NCBI GenBank assembly: GCA_963422375.2
Contig: OY729427.2
Span: 1,600,001-1,664,000, forward strand
Source: Bryobacterales bacterium
Lineage (GTDB): Bacteria > Acidobacteriota > Terriglobia > Bryobacterales > UBA6623
Direction: 5' to 3'
DNA: 64,000 nt
The notes under the pieces are model-generated. The model worked only from the letters and a program-made list of their open reading frames with translations, did no database searches and was not told where the DNA came from. Positions 43,748 to 54,454 of the stretch are shown here, piece by piece. A program made the position numbers and the translations under genes. Positions within the stretch are counted from its first letter, which is position 1. Every line of letters starts with the position of its first letter.

Positions 43748-44428
43748 ATGTCGTTCACGAAGGCGATAGGGAGGGTGCTCGGCTTCGTCCTGACGCGCTT
43801 GGTGCGGCTCCTAACCCTGAGCGGCGTCCATCCCAACGTCCTGACCCTGATCGGCTTGGTCGTGAACGGGGTCGCGGCTTGGATCCTGGCTCGGGGCGAG
43901 TTCCTCTACGCGGGTCTCGTGATTCTCGGTGCCGCGGTCTTCGACCTCACGGACGGGGCGGTGGCGCGGAGCGCCAACAAGGTCACGCGCTTCGGGGCGT
44001 TCCTCGATTCGGTAATGGACCGCTATTCGGACCTGATCATTCTGACCGGGCTGCTGGTGCATTACGCCCGCATCGACCGGTTCAGCTACATCGTCCTGAC
44101 CGCCGTGGTGATGATAGGCTCGGTTCTGGTCAGCTACAGCCGGGCCCGCGCCGAGAACCTCATCGAATCCTGCAAGGTGGGATTCCTCGAGCGGCCCGAG
44201 CGGATCGTGCTGCTGCTCATCGGAGCGCTGTTCGACAGGATGGCGGCCGTGCTTTGGGTGATGGCGGTTCTGTCCAACGTCACGGTGATTCACCGGATCG
44301 CGCATACGTGGAACGAGAGCCGCCGCGCCGGGGACGGCGCCGAGCAGGACGCCGAGGAGGCGGATGAATCCCGACTGGCGGAACCTTCGGGCCAGGCGGA
44401 GCTGCAGGAAGGCTATCGGTCCGTCTGA
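43748..44428 (+). CDS. CDP-alcohol phosphatidyltransferase family protein
   Basis: HPNVLT, DLTDGAVAR...G.FLDS..DRYSD signature, VSYSRARAE, GFLERPER. Confidence 0.92.
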   Translation: MSFTKAIGRVLGFVLTRLVRLLTLSGVHPNVLTLIGLVVNGVAAWILARGEFLYAGLVILGAAVFDLTDGAVARSANKVTRFGAFLDSVMDRYSDLIILTGLLVHYARIDRFSYIVLTAVVMIGSVLVSYSRARAENLIESCKVGFLERPERIVLLLIGALFDRMAAVLWVMAVLSNVTVIHRIAHTWNESRRAGDGAEQDAEEADESRLAEPSGQAELQEGYRSV

Positions 44429-44477
44429 CGCCGGCCGCGGTCGGCGCGCTCGTCGCTGGGTCGCGGCTTCGGATCCG

Positions 44478-46298
44478 TCAGTGCCCGGAGCGCGGCGGGT
44501 CCCGCCCGAGCATGCGATCCAGGCAGAATGCCGCGCTGATCAGTCCGAGATGGGTGAACGCCTGCGGGAAGTTCCCGAGCGCCTGGCCGCTCGGCCCGAT
44601 CTGCTCCGCGTACAGCCCGAGCGGGTTGGCGTAGGTGAGCATCTTCTCGAAGATCAGCCGCGCCTCGTCGATCCGCCCGGCGCGAGCGAGCGCCTCGACC
44701 AGCCAGAACGTGCAGACGCTGAACGTGCCTTCCGAACCCGACAGGCCGTCCCCGGCGCCCTTGCCGATCTCGTAACGGTACACCAACGAGTCCGAGACCA
44801 GCTCCCCCACGGTGCGGTCCAGGGTCGCCAGCATCCGCGGGTCCGTGGGCGACACGAATCGCACGAGGGGCATCAGGAGGTTGCTCGCGTCGAGCGCCTC
44901 GGCGCCGTAATACTGCACGAACGCCTGCCGTTTCGGATTCCAGCCGTTCTTCATGACCGACTCGTAGATCCGGTCGCGCGTGCTGCGCAGCCACTCCCGG
45001 TTGTTCGGCAGCCCGCGCTTCAGCGCCAGGCGCAGCCCGCGGTCTAGTGCGACCCAGCACTGCATCTTCGAGTAGACGAACTGCATCCGCTCCGCCCGCA
45101 CCTCCCAGATGCCCTCGTCCGGCGACTCCCAGTGACGGGCGACCCAGCGCAGCATGTTGCGAATCTGAATCCAGAGATCGTAGGAGACCGGCGTCACGTA
45201 CTTGTCGTACAGGTAGATCGAGTCGATCAGCTCGCCGTAGATGTCCAACTGCAACTGCCCGGTCGCGGCGTTGCCGACTCGAACGGGGCGCGACTCCCGG
45301 TAGCCCCCGAGATGCGGCAGCTCCAGCTCGGGTATGTCGGGGCTGCCGTCGATGCGGTACATGATCTGCAGCGGGCCGGTGGGGGCGTCCTTCTCCTGGA
45401 CCCGCGTCTGCAGCCAGTGCATGAAGTCAGCCGCCTCCTCCCCGTAGCCGAGGCGCAGGAAGGCATAGATCGTGAAGGCCGCGTCGCGAATCCACGTGTA
45501 GCGGTAGTCCCAGTTGCGCACCCCGCCGATTTCCTCGGGCAGGCTGCAGGTGGGCGCTGCCACGATCGCGCCCGTCGGCTGGAACGTCAGCAGCTTGAGC
45601 GCGAGCGCGCTGCGCTCGACCATTTCCCGCCAGCGGCCCTCGTAGCGTCCGCGGTTCAGCCACTTGCGCCAGAACCTCGTCGTCCGGTGCAGCGCCTCCG
45701 CGCCGTTGATCGGAGCTGCCAGCAGGGCCGCGCCCGTTCCCGGCTCTCCGTACCGAAACGCGAATACAGCCTGTTCGCCGGGCTGCAAGTTGAACTGCGC
45801 GCACACCCCGCCCTCTGCCGGGCGGAGCGGAACGGGGCTGAGCAGCGCGAAGTCCGCTCCGGGGTAGCGGAAGGCGGCCCCTTCCGGCCGGAGCGCTGTA
45901 TCGTGCCTGGCCCGGGCGTAATCGTAGGCGGGCTTGCATTCGAGACGGCACGGCAGCGTGCCCCGGACCGAGTGGACGATCCTCACGATCTCGTGCAGCT
46001 TCGCTCCGCCCTTGGGCACCACCGGCATGAAGTCGATGACCTCGCCCACGCCCTCCTCGCTGAGGAACCGGGTGATCAGCACGTTCGTTTCGGGAAGGTA
46101 CAGCTGCCTGTGCGAGCTGTCGCGCTGGACGGCGATCTTGAAGTAGCCGCCCTTGGCCTCGTCGAGAATGGCGGCGAAGACGCTGGGGGAATCGAAATGC
46201 GGCAGGCAGCACCAGTCGATCGAACCGTCGTTCGCGACGAGCGCCACTGAATGCAGGTCACCTACGACACCGTAGGACTCGATCGGCTTGTAGGGCAT
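44478..46298 (-). CDS. Glycoside hydrolase family 15 protein (trehalase/glucoamylase-like)
   Basis: [68 protein letters not shown]. Confidence 0.93.
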   Translation of the reverse strand: MPYKPIESYGVVGDLHSVALVANDGSIDWCCLPHFDSPSVFAAILDEAKGGYFKIAVQRDSSHRQLYLPETNVLITRFLSEEGVGEVIDFMPVVPKGGAKLHEIVRIVHSVRGTLPCRLECKPAYDYARARHDTALRPEGAAFRYPGADFALLSPVPLRPAEGGVCAQFNLQPGEQAVFAFRYGEPGTGAALLAAPINGAEALHRTTRFWRKWLNRGRYEGRWREMVERSALALKLLTFQPTGAIVAAPTCSLPEEIGGVRNWDYRYTWIRDAAFTIYAFLRLGYGEEAADFMHWLQTRVQEKDAPTGPLQIMYRIDGSPDIPELELPHLGGYRESRPVRVGNAATGQLQLDIYGELIDSIYLYDKYVTPVSYDLWIQIRNMLRWVARHWESPDEGIWEVRAERMQFVYSKMQCWVALDRGLRLALKRGLPNNREWLRSTRDRIYESVMKNGWNPKRQAFVQYYGAEALDASNLLMPLVRFVSPTDPRMLATLDRTVGELVSDSLVYRYEIGKGAGDGLSGSEGTFSVCTFWLVEALARAGRIDEARLIFEKMLTYANPLGLYAEQIGPSGQALGNFPQAFTHLGLISAAFCLDRMLGRDPPRSGH

Positions 46299-46703
46299 GC
46301 CAGCTAGAGGGAACCAGGTGCCGCTCGACGGAGCGGTCGGTTCGCGACTCGCGAAACATCAAGAATAGCCGCCCCGTCCGACGGGTCCTTCCTCGGGTTC
46401 CCGCTCGCCTGCCGGGCGGGACCGGAGACCCGCCGCAGCCACGGGGCCGTGCCTTCGTTCCGGCCGATCCCCTTTCTCGACGGGATTGGACGGCCGCCCG
46501 GAAGGCCGTGCAGGCGCGCCGGCCCGATGGCGCGCCGGGCTCGGACCGGCTGGCCGCTTGCGTGTCCCTCGGGGGGCGGCCGCGCCCTTGCGAGGGCTCT
46601 GGCGGCCTCGCAAGGGCCCTCGCCTCCGCCGTGCTAGACTGCGGGGGTCGCCCGGCGCTTCCGAGGCCCCGCGCCCGGAAAAGCCCGTTAGAGGTCTCAT
46701 GCC

Positions 46704-48683
46704 GTGCTACTGACGTTGGAAGTGCGCCTGAAGGCGGCGCTCTCCGCGCACATCAAGCAGCAGTACGGTCTCGCCACGGACGTGGTCGTCGAGCTGCCCA
46801 AGCACCCCTCGCACGGGGACTTGGCGACGCCGGTCTGCTTCAGCCTCGCCAAGGCGTTGAGACGCGCCCCGCGGCTGATCGCGAGGGAAATCGCGATTCA
46901 GCTGCCGCCCGTGGTCGGAATCCGCTCGCTGGAGGTCGCCGGAGGCGGATACATCAACGCTCGCTTCGACAGGGCGGCGTACGCGGAGGGGGCCTTCGCC
47001 GGCGCCGAGCCAAGCCCCGCCGACACCTCCAAGGCCATTGTCGAGCACACCAACATCAATCCGAACAAGGCCGCCCACATCGGGCACCTGCGCAATGCGG
47101 TGCTCGGGGACACCTTGGTCCGGATGCTGCGCGCCCTCGGCCGGCCGGTCGAGACGCAGAACTACATCGACAACACCGGCGTCCAGGTGGCCGACGTCGT
47201 GGCGGCGCTTCGGTTCATGCGGGGCATGGACGCCGAGGGCGTGCGGAGGCTCGCGCGCGAGCCGGGGATCCGGTTCGACTTCTACTGCTGGGATCTGTAC
47301 GCCGAGATCTCGCGGCTTCTGACCGCGAAGGATCCCGAGGCGCTGCGCTGGCGCAGGGACACTCTCCGGGCCCTCGAGTCGGGCGAGGGCGAGCTCGCCG
47401 CTATCGGAGCCGTCGTAGCAGACACCATCGTGACCTGCCACCTAGCCACGATGCGGCGCATCGGAGCGGACTACGACTTGCTGCCGCGGGAGAGCGAGAT
47501 CCTGAAGCTCCGCTTGTGGTCGTCGGCGTTCGAGCTGCTCAAGGCGCGCGGCGCGGTCCGGCTCGAGTCTTCCGGAAGGAATGCCGGCTGCTGGGTCATG
47601 CCGGCGGCGATGTTCCGGAACGCGCCCGCGGGCGGGGCGTCTCCCTCCGATCCGGATGGCTCCCTGGACAAGGTGATCGTGCGTTCAGACGGCACCGTCA
47701 CGTACGTCGGGAAGGATATCGCCTACCAGTTGTGGAAATTCGGCCTGCTGGAGGGCAAGGACTTCGCGTACGTTCCGTCGGGCGGATCGGCCGGAGGCCG
47801 TCCCTGGGTGACGACCTCGGGGCCGGGCGCGGCCGGCGCCCCCCGCTTCGGCGGCGGCTCCGAGGTCTTCAACGTGATCGACGTGCGCCAGTCGTACCTG
47901 CAGGACGTGGTGCGCGCCGCCCTCGCCGCCCTCGGCTTCGTGGAGCAGGCCAGGCGCAGCGTTCATTTCTCGTACGAGATGGTCGCCCTCACGCCGCGGT
48001 GCTGCGCGGAGCTCGGAATCCGGCTCAGCGAGAGCGAGAGATCCAAGGCCTACGTGGAGGTCTCGGGCCGCAAGGGCTTGGGCGTCAAGGCCGACGACCT
48101 GCTGGATCTGCTCGTCGACACCGCGCTCGACGAGGTCCGCGGCCGGCACGGGGACTTGGAGGATGCTGAGTGCCGCCGAATCGCGGAGCAGATCGCGGTC
48201 GGAGCCCTGCGGTTCTTCATGCTGCGGTTCACGCGCAACACGGTGATCGCGTTCGATTTCCAGGAGGCGCTGGCCTTCGAGGGGGAGACCGGCCCGTATG
48301 TTCAGTACGCGGCCGTCCGGGCGCGGAACATCCTGCGCAAGCACGCGGCGGCGCGAGGCCCTTCCGCTGCGGCGGCCGGCGTTCCGTCGCGCGACGCCCT
48401 GGAGCGCCATCTCGGGGACGACCGGCTCTGGCAGCTGGTACTGGCGATCTCTCAGTCGCGCTGGGCGGTGGCGAGGTCCCGCGCCGCCGGCGAGCCCGCG
48501 CAGGTTGCCCGCACTGCCTTCCAGGCCGCCCAGGCCTTCAGCAACTTCTACCACCAGACGCACGTCCTGACAGAGGAGGACCCGCAGCGGCAGGCCGTGC
48601 AGGTTGCCGTCGTGCGCCTCGCTCTGGACGAGCTCTCCTTCCTGATGGGCGTGATGGGCATTCCCGTGCCCTCGCGCATGTGA
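46704..48683 (+). CDS. argS: Arginine--tRNA ligase
   Basis: [65 protein letters not shown]. Confidence 0.95.
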   Translation: MLLTLEVRLKAALSAHIKQQYGLATDVVVELPKHPSHGDLATPVCFSLAKALRRAPRLIAREIAIQLPPVVGIRSLEVAGGGYINARFDRAAYAEGAFAGAEPSPADTSKAIVEHTNINPNKAAHIGHLRNAVLGDTLVRMLRALGRPVETQNYIDNTGVQVADVVAALRFMRGMDAEGVRRLAREPGIRFDFYCWDLYAEISRLLTAKDPEALRWRRDTLRALESGEGELAAIGAVVADTIVTCHLATMRRIGADYDLLPRESEILKLRLWSSAFELLKARGAVRLESSGRNAGCWVMPAAMFRNAPAGGASPSDPDGSLDKVIVRSDGTVTYVGKDIAYQLWKFGLLEGKDFAYVPSGGSAGGRPWVTTSGPGAAGAPRFGGGSEVFNVIDVRQSYLQDVVRAALAALGFVEQARRSVHFSYEMVALTPRCCAELGIRLSESERSKAYVEVSGRKGLGVKADDLLDLLVDTALDEVRGRHGDLEDAECRRIAEQIAVGALRFFMLRFTRNTVIAFDFQEALAFEGETGPYVQYAAVRARNILRKHAAARGPSAAAAGVPSRDALERHLGDDRLWQLVLAISQSRWAVARSRAAGEPAQVARTAFQAAQAFSNFYHQTHVLTEEDPQRQAVQVAVVRLALDELSFLMGVMGIPVPSRM

Positions 48684-48698
48684 CTGGAACCCGTCGTC

Positions 48699-49862
48699 AT
48701 GCGAGATTCGACCTTGGAGCGCTGCCGGGCCATTGTGGATCTGCGCGCAATCCAGGACAACTTCGTCCGCCTGCGCGCTCTGGCCGGCGAGGGGATCGCC
48801 CTGTTGTGCGTGATCAAGGCCGACGCCTACGGGCACGGCGCCAAGCCGGTGGGCCGTGCCCTGTGGAGCGCCGGCGCCCGGCACTTCGCGGTGACCTCCG
48901 TGGACGAGGCGGTCGAATTGCGGGACGGCGGTCTCGGCGGCTCGATCGTGGTGCTCTGCGGGATCCATCCCGACAGGGAGAAGGAAGCCGCCGTTCGCGG
49001 CATCGAGCCCATGGTCGGCTCGGTCGGCCAGCTGCGCGCTTGGGACGCCGAGGCGAAGCGGCTGGGGCGCAGGCTGTCCTGCCACCTGCTATTGAACACG
49101 GGCATGAACCGGCTGGGCGTCGATTTCGAGCCCGGCCAGGCCTCGGGAGCGAGCGGCCTGCTCGAGACGCTGGCATCGTGCGAGTGGATCGCCGTGCGAG
49201 GCATAGCGACGCACTACGTCGCGGCCGAGGACCTGGCCTCGGGGCAGACTGAGCGGCAGGCCAGCCAGTTCGCGCGGCAGGTGGAGGCCTTGCGGAACGC
49301 GGGCGTGACGCCGCGACACGTGCATGCCGCCAACAGCGCGGCCATCGTTCGCGGCCTGTGCGGGGCCCGCGAGACGCTGGCCCGGCCCGGGCTCGCCCTG
49401 TACGGGTACGTCAACCGGCTCTCGGATCGGTCGGCCCCCGCCGCCGACCCGGGCCTCCGTCCCGCCTTGGAGTGGCGCGCGAGGCTGCAGGTCGTCCGCG
49501 ACGTCCCCGCGGGCGCCGCGATGGGTTACGGCGCGACGTTCACGGCAGACCGCCCGATGCGAGTCGGGGTCCTGTCCGTCGGCTACGGGGACGGCCTCGA
49601 CTGGCGGCTGTCGAACCGCGGAGCGGTGTCGGTCGGCGGGACGCTGTGCGCCATCGTGGGGCGGATCAGCATGGATCTGACGATCATCGATCTGAGCGAC
49701 GCGCCGGACGCCGAAGTGGGCGACGAGGCCGTGCTGCTGGGCGGCCCTGCGCTCGACGCCCAACGCCTAGCCGAGTTGGTCGGCAGCATTCCCTACGAAG
49801 TGCTCTGCCGCATCTCGCGACGCGTGCCGAGGGAGTACGTCCGACGGCCTATCGGCCGATGA
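48699..49862 (+). CDS. alr: Alanine racemase
   Basis: VIKADAYGHGA, TGMNRLG, HAANSA, RPGLALYG, GYGDG, GRISMD, IPYEVLC.IS.RVPR. Confidence 0.96.
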   Translation: MRDSTLERCRAIVDLRAIQDNFVRLRALAGEGIALLCVIKADAYGHGAKPVGRALWSAGARHFAVTSVDEAVELRDGGLGGSIVVLCGIHPDREKEAAVRGIEPMVGSVGQLRAWDAEAKRLGRRLSCHLLLNTGMNRLGVDFEPGQASGASGLLETLASCEWIAVRGIATHYVAAEDLASGQTERQASQFARQVEALRNAGVTPRHVHAANSAAIVRGLCGARETLARPGLALYGYVNRLSDRSAPAADPGLRPALEWRARLQVVRDVPAGAAMGYGATFTADRPMRVGVLSVGYGDGLDWRLSNRGAVSVGGTLCAIVGRISMDLTIIDLSDAPDAEVGDEAVLLGGPALDAQRLAELVGSIPYEVLCRISRRVPREYVRRPIGR

Positions 49863-51807
49863 TCAGGTCGACCGCGTTGCTGGCGCGTCCGTCCGCTCGC
49901 AGCACGAGGCACGCCCGTCCGGGCGGCGTGTCTGCCGGCACGGCGACCTCGACGAGATAGATTCCCACGTAGCCGGGCGCGAGATGCGCCGAGCGGACGG
50001 CCGCGGCGGAGCTGCCGACGGCAGCTTCGATGCGCGCCACCGCGCGCGGCGGGGAGGCGTGCGGCGAGGGCAGGCCCGCGGGCCACGGGGGCTCGACCTC
50101 GCCGAGCCCCGTGGCCATGACAAGAACGCTGCTGCCGGGAGGGGCGGGCACGTTCCAGCCGACGAGCGCGCCGGTGCCGGCTTGGAGGATGAGGGGCTCG
50201 CCCGCGACCACGAACAGCGCCGGCGAGACTTCTCGCAGCGGCAGCTCCAGCACGTGGCTGGCTTCGGAGGCGTCCAGCCGGAGCTGCACGGAGCGCCCTC
50301 GCACCGCGAACGGCACCTGCAGCTGGGTGCGACCCTGCGCGGCGTCGAGGATGGGCGCGGGCCGTCCGTCGGCGCGGGCTCGTAGCGCCTTGGTTCCGAA
50401 AATCGTCAGCAGGCTGCCGGGAGCCGCGGGCCGCTCCGACAGGTCGGCCGCGCTCAGGGCTCGCAACGCGCTCTCGACCTGCGGCGTCCGCGTCCAGTAC
50501 ACGCCGTGGCCGGGCAGCGCCACGTAGATCCGGCCCCGCAGCGGCTCTAGGGCCAGATCGCCGATGTCGGTCGACGGCAGGTTCCCGCCGATCTCGTTCC
50601 ACTCCCCGGGCGGGCCCGGCTGGCGCAGGTCGACATGCGCGAAGAACACGCCTCGCGGACCGGCGACGTAGGCGGCGCCCGCCTCCGGGTGGCCCTCCAC
50701 CGCCGTCCAGCGGGCTGGGGGCAGGTTGGAACTGATGTCCAGCCAAGACGCGCCGCCGTTGGTCGAGCGCAGCAGGTGTCCGCCCGCCAGCGCGAGAGCG
50801 GACGCGGGCGCGCCGGTGTCCGCCCAGATGCTCGTGACGTCGCCCTCGGCGGGATCGGTCCACGACAGGGACCATGTTGCGCCGTCGTCGCTCGAGACCC
50901 AGATGCGGCCGTTCGACGTGCCGGCCCAGAGCTGGCCGTTCGAGGCGAAGGAAACGATCGAATGCCCGGCGCACGCGGCCCGGCCGCGGCACTCGGTGAG
51001 GTCGTCCGAGAGAGGCTCCCCGTGCCGCCAGACTCTGTTCGAGACGTCGTACCCGTCGGGGAGGCTTGGCCGGGGCGCGCGCTCGGGCCGGGGAGGAGGC
51101 CTTCGGGGAGGAAGCCGCCCGTCCGCCGCCAGCCACGCGGTCCCGCCCGCCGTCCGGACCAGCTCGAGCGTGCCCAGCGAGTCGGCCTCCAGGCTGGGAG
51201 AGGTCCCCGCGCCGGAAGGCAGGAATCGGGCCGGCGGGAAGTTCGGGAGCGCTCCGTTGAGGCTGCTCCAGGTCACGCCGGCGTCGTGCGATTGCCACAG
51301 CCCCATCGCGTTGCCGACCGCGACCAGCTCGGGGTCAGTCGGCGAGATCGCCAGCACGTCCTGCCATCTCCCGATGACCGACTCGCCCCCGACGGCCGTC
51401 AGGTTCGTCCATTCGGCCCCGCCGTCGTCGGAGCGGTAGAGGTGCTCGCCCAGTGCGTACAGGACGCCGGTACGGTAGGGATTGCGCAGCACCTTGGCGG
51501 ATCCGCCGAAGCCGTCCTGCGGATCGGGTGCGGCGCGGGGCTCGCCGGGCACGCTTTGCGCAGGCCGCCACGCGCCGCCGCCGTCCTCGCTGGCCCAGAG
51601 CGCGCCTCCTTGCAGGCGCGCGTACAGCCGCCGCCCGTCCGCCGAGAACCAAGCGTCGTCGACTGGTCGGCCGACCGGCCCCGCGAGACCCGCGGAGACG
51701 CCCGTGCCGCCGATCCGCTTCCAATCTGCGAGCTCGGCGGGCGTTGCGGGCAGGAACGCGACTAGCGCCCAAGCCGCGCCCGCCAGCATCGCTCGGACGT
51801 GCCGCAT
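49849..51807 (-). CDS. Secreted BNR/Asp-box beta-propeller protein with TIGR03437-type C-terminal domain
   Basis: Signal peptide; repeated S.DGG..W Asp-boxes; C-terminal APGSLLTIFG, QLQVPF, SPALF, MATGLG, LAPGYVGIY.V, SNAV. Confidence 0.78.
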   Translation of the reverse strand: MRHVRAMLAGAAWALVAFLPATPAELADWKRIGGTGVSAGLAGPVGRPVDDAWFSADGRRLYARLQGGALWASEDGGGAWRPAQSVPGEPRAAPDPQDGFGGSAKVLRNPYRTGVLYALGEHLYRSDDGGAEWTNLTAVGGESVIGRWQDVLAISPTDPELVAVGNAMGLWQSHDAGVTWSSLNGALPNFPPARFLPSGAGTSPSLEADSLGTLELVRTAGGTAWLAADGRLPPRRPPPRPERAPRPSLPDGYDVSNRVWRHGEPLSDDLTECRGRAACAGHSIVSFASNGQLWAGTSNGRIWVSSDDGATWSLSWTDPAEGDVTSIWADTGAPASALALAGGHLLRSTNGGASWLDISSNLPPARWTAVEGHPEAGAAYVAGPRGVFFAHVDLRQPGPPGEWNEIGGNLPSTDIGDLALEPLRGRIYVALPGHGVYWTRTPQVESALRALSAADLSERPAAPGSLLTIFGTKALRARADGRPAPILDAAQGRTQLQVPFAVRGRSVQLRLDASEASHVLELPLREVSPALFVVAGEPLILQAGTGALVGWNVPAPPGSSVLVMATGLGEVEPPWPAGLPSPHASPPRAVARIEAAVGSSAAAVRSAHLAPGYVGIYLVEVAVPADTPPGRACLVLRADGRASNAVDLIIGR

Positions 51808-51934
51808 AGAGCAGGGAACTCGTGACGTCCCGACAACCTCAGCCTATCACCCGCTTGGGCCGGGGCGGTCCGTCGGTGCCGCCGCCCGTGCGCCCCGGCC
51901 GGCCGGGGCGCGCAGCGCGACATATAATACCTCT

Positions 51935-52828
51935 ATGTTTTGGGTGGTGCTGGTCGGACTCGGCATTCTGGCGGGGACCGGTTGCGGGCCTCACCTCCGG
52001 GACACCCGGGACGCGGATCGATCCAGCATGGTGCCCATCGAGGGCCGGGAATTCCTCATGGGCACCGACGACGGCGAGCCGTTCGAAGGGCCCGCGCACC
52101 GGGTGAGCCTCGACTCGTTCTTCATAGACGAGCACGAGGTCACGAACGCCCAGTACGCCCGGTTCGTCGAGGCTACCTCCTATGTCACCGACTCCGAGCG
52201 GTTCGGCTGGTCGGGCGTGTTCGACCCGCAGCAGAAAGGCTGGACGCCGGGCGACGGCGCGGACTGGCGCCATCCCCACGGTCCGGGCTCGTCCTACGAG
52301 GACATGCTCGACTTCCCGGTGGTGCATCTGTCTTGGCGCGACGCGGACGCCTACTGCGCGTGGAAGGGAGCTCGCCTGCCGACAGAGGCCGAGTTCGAGT
52401 TCGCCGCGCGGGGCGGCCTGGAAGGCGCTAAGTACGCTTGGGGCGACCAGCTGACGCCGGGCGGCGTCTATCAGGCCAACTTGTGGCAGGGGGCGTTCCC
52501 GTACGAGGACCGCGCGCTCGACGGCTACGGCAGCCACGGACCGGTCAAGCGGTTCCCAGCCAACGGATACGGGCTGTACGACATGACGGGCAATGTCTGG
52601 GAGTGGGTGAACGACTGGTTCGCGCCGGACTACTTCGCTGCGTCGCCGGCGATCAACCCTCTCGGACCGGCCTCGGGCACTCAGAAGGTGCAGCGCGGGG
52701 GCAGCTGGCTCTGCAGCGAGAACTACTGCCAGGGCTACCGGGTCGCCGCGAGGATGATGACCGATAGCGACTCGGGCCTGAACAACCTGGGATTCCGCTG
52801 CGCCGCCTCCGACCCGTCCGCCGACTAG
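51935..52828 (+). CDS. Formylglycine-generating enzyme (SUMF1/EgtB/PvdO) family lipoprotein
   Basis: FLMGT, EVTNAQY..FV, PVVHLSW.DA, RLPTEAEFE.AARGG, NGYGLYDM.GNVWEW, RGGSWLC..NYC..YR, GFRC. Confidence 0.92.
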   Translation: MFWVVLVGLGILAGTGCGPHLRDTRDADRSSMVPIEGREFLMGTDDGEPFEGPAHRVSLDSFFIDEHEVTNAQYARFVEATSYVTDSERFGWSGVFDPQQKGWTPGDGADWRHPHGPGSSYEDMLDFPVVHLSWRDADAYCAWKGARLPTEAEFEFAARGGLEGAKYAWGDQLTPGGVYQANLWQGAFPYEDRALDGYGSHGPVKRFPANGYGLYDMTGNVWEWVNDWFAPDYFAASPAINPLGPASGTQKVQRGGSWLCSENYCQGYRVAARMMTDSDSGLNNLGFRCAASDPSAD

Positions 52829-54207
52829 TCCGGCCCCGGCTGCAATGCCTGCTTCCGGCTGCCGCCGAATGCAAGCTTGAGCAGCGGCGGCGTTACCAGC
52901 GTGGTCGCCATGACCATCGCGACGATCGAGGAGAACGTGTCGGGGCTAAGCACGGGGCTGCCCGCGATCAGCACCGACGAGCCGATGCCCGCGAAGATCA
53001 GTCCCACCTCGCCGCGCGGGATCATGCCCACGCCCACGGCCCAGCGATTCAGGCCCTTCTCGAGCACGCCCAGCGCACAGGCGAGCTTGCTGACGATCGC
53101 GACGATGCTCAAGATGCCCGCGAAGACCAGCACTTCCGTGAAGGCGAACGAGACTAGGTCGACCCGCATGCCCATGTAGACGAAGAAGACGGGCACGAAG
53201 ATGGCGCTGATGGGGGCCACCAGCCCGTCGATGCGGAACTTCTCGCTCTGCTGGCCGAAGTGTCGCGAGATCGCGTCGTCGATCACCAAGCCTGCGGCGA
53301 AGGCTCCCACGATGTCGGCGAGGCCGACCAGCTCCGCCAGCGCTGCCATGCCAAAGCAGTACGAGATGGCGAGGGCGATCGGCATGGACGTGGAGCGGGC
53401 CTTGCGCACGATCGAGATCAGCGGCTGGATGACCCACCGCCCCATCAGAACCGCTCCCGCGAGGAATCCGATGGCTTTCGCCACGCTCCACAGGATCGGC
53501 AGCGCCCCGATCTCCGTGGCCGCGCCAGCGTCCACCGACCGGACCAGGCCGAGCACGAACGCGAGGACGGTCAGCCCGAGGATGTCGTCCACTACCGCGG
53601 CGCCTAGGATCACCTTGGATTCCGGCGCGCCCATGGCGCCGAGGTCTTTCAGCACGCGGGCCGTGATGCCGACGCTGGTCGCGGCGAGGGTCGCGCCCAC
53701 GAACAGGTGGACATGCCATTCCGCGTCCTCCGGCATGAAGGCCGCCGACGCCGCGTAGCCCAGGCCGATCGGCGCGACAACGCCAAGCAAGGCTACGGTC
53801 AGCGCCGACGGGCCGACCGCCAAGAGCTCGTCGAGGTCGCTGTCCAGGCCCACCTCGAACAGCAGGAGAATCACGCCGATCTCCGCGGCGATCTCGAGGA
53901 ACGGCGCCTCGCGGAGAGTGTCCGCGAAACCGAATCCGGCCAGCCCGAGATTCCCGATCAGGATGCCGAACACGAGCTCTCCCAGGACCGAGGGCTGGCC
54001 GAGGCGGTCGAAGAGCTCGCCTCCGACTTTGGCGCTGAGCAGGATGGCGGAGATCGCCAGCAGGAACCTGGTCACGTCCCCGTTGTGGGCTCCCATGTCG
54101 GCCGCGTCGGCCACGGCCCAGACACCCGCGCCGACGGCGGCTACCGTCAGGAGACGGCCGACCGCCAGCTTGCGGAAGAATCGGTCGGAGGAGAGAAGGG
54201 AAGGCAC
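52825..54207 (-). CDS. Cation:proton antiporter (CPA2 / NapA-like)
   Basis: AAGGAGG RBS; QPSVLGEL, AEIGVILLLFEVGL, ATSVGITARVL, AAVVDDILGL, GMIPRGEVGLIFA. Confidence 0.93.
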   Translation of the reverse strand: MPSLLSSDRFFRKLAVGRLLTVAAVGAGVWAVADAADMGAHNGDVTRFLLAISAILLSAKVGGELFDRLGQPSVLGELVFGILIGNLGLAGFGFADTLREAPFLEIAAEIGVILLLFEVGLDSDLDELLAVGPSALTVALLGVVAPIGLGYAASAAFMPEDAEWHVHLFVGATLAATSVGITARVLKDLGAMGAPESKVILGAAVVDDILGLTVLAFVLGLVRSVDAGAATEIGALPILWSVAKAIGFLAGAVLMGRWVIQPLISIVRKARSTSMPIALAISYCFGMAALAELVGLADIVGAFAAGLVIDDAISRHFGQQSEKFRIDGLVAPISAIFVPVFFVYMGMRVDLVSFAFTEVLVFAGILSIVAIVSKLACALGVLEKGLNRWAVGVGMIPRGEVGLIFAGIGSSVLIAGSPVLSPDTFSSIVAMVMATTLVTPPLLKLAFGGSRKQALQPGPD

Positions 54208-54454
54208 TGATGGCCTCCTTGGGGAGGGAAGGCTGCTGCAACGGGCCCGTCGCGGGGCACCGGGTCAGGAGGCAGCCGTCAAGTCCCATCCTAGCGAACT
54301 CGCGACGGTATTCGCAGCGGCTAAGGCGGGGACAGCGCGGCCGAGAGGATCTAAGTCCTTGCTTCTCAACGCAGGGATTTCTTGCGGCTATGACTTGACT
54401 TCTGCGAAGCCAATTGCCAGCCTATTCTCTGGCCGAGCCCCGCCGACGGACTGC

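Noticed and set aside
46584..46617. 12-bp hairpin GCCCTTGCGAGG...CCTCGCAAGGGC upstream of argS (T-box or terminator?)
   Set aside because: No U-tract and no T-box motif; it lies upstream of the likely -10 (TGCTAGACT), so it is not in the leader.
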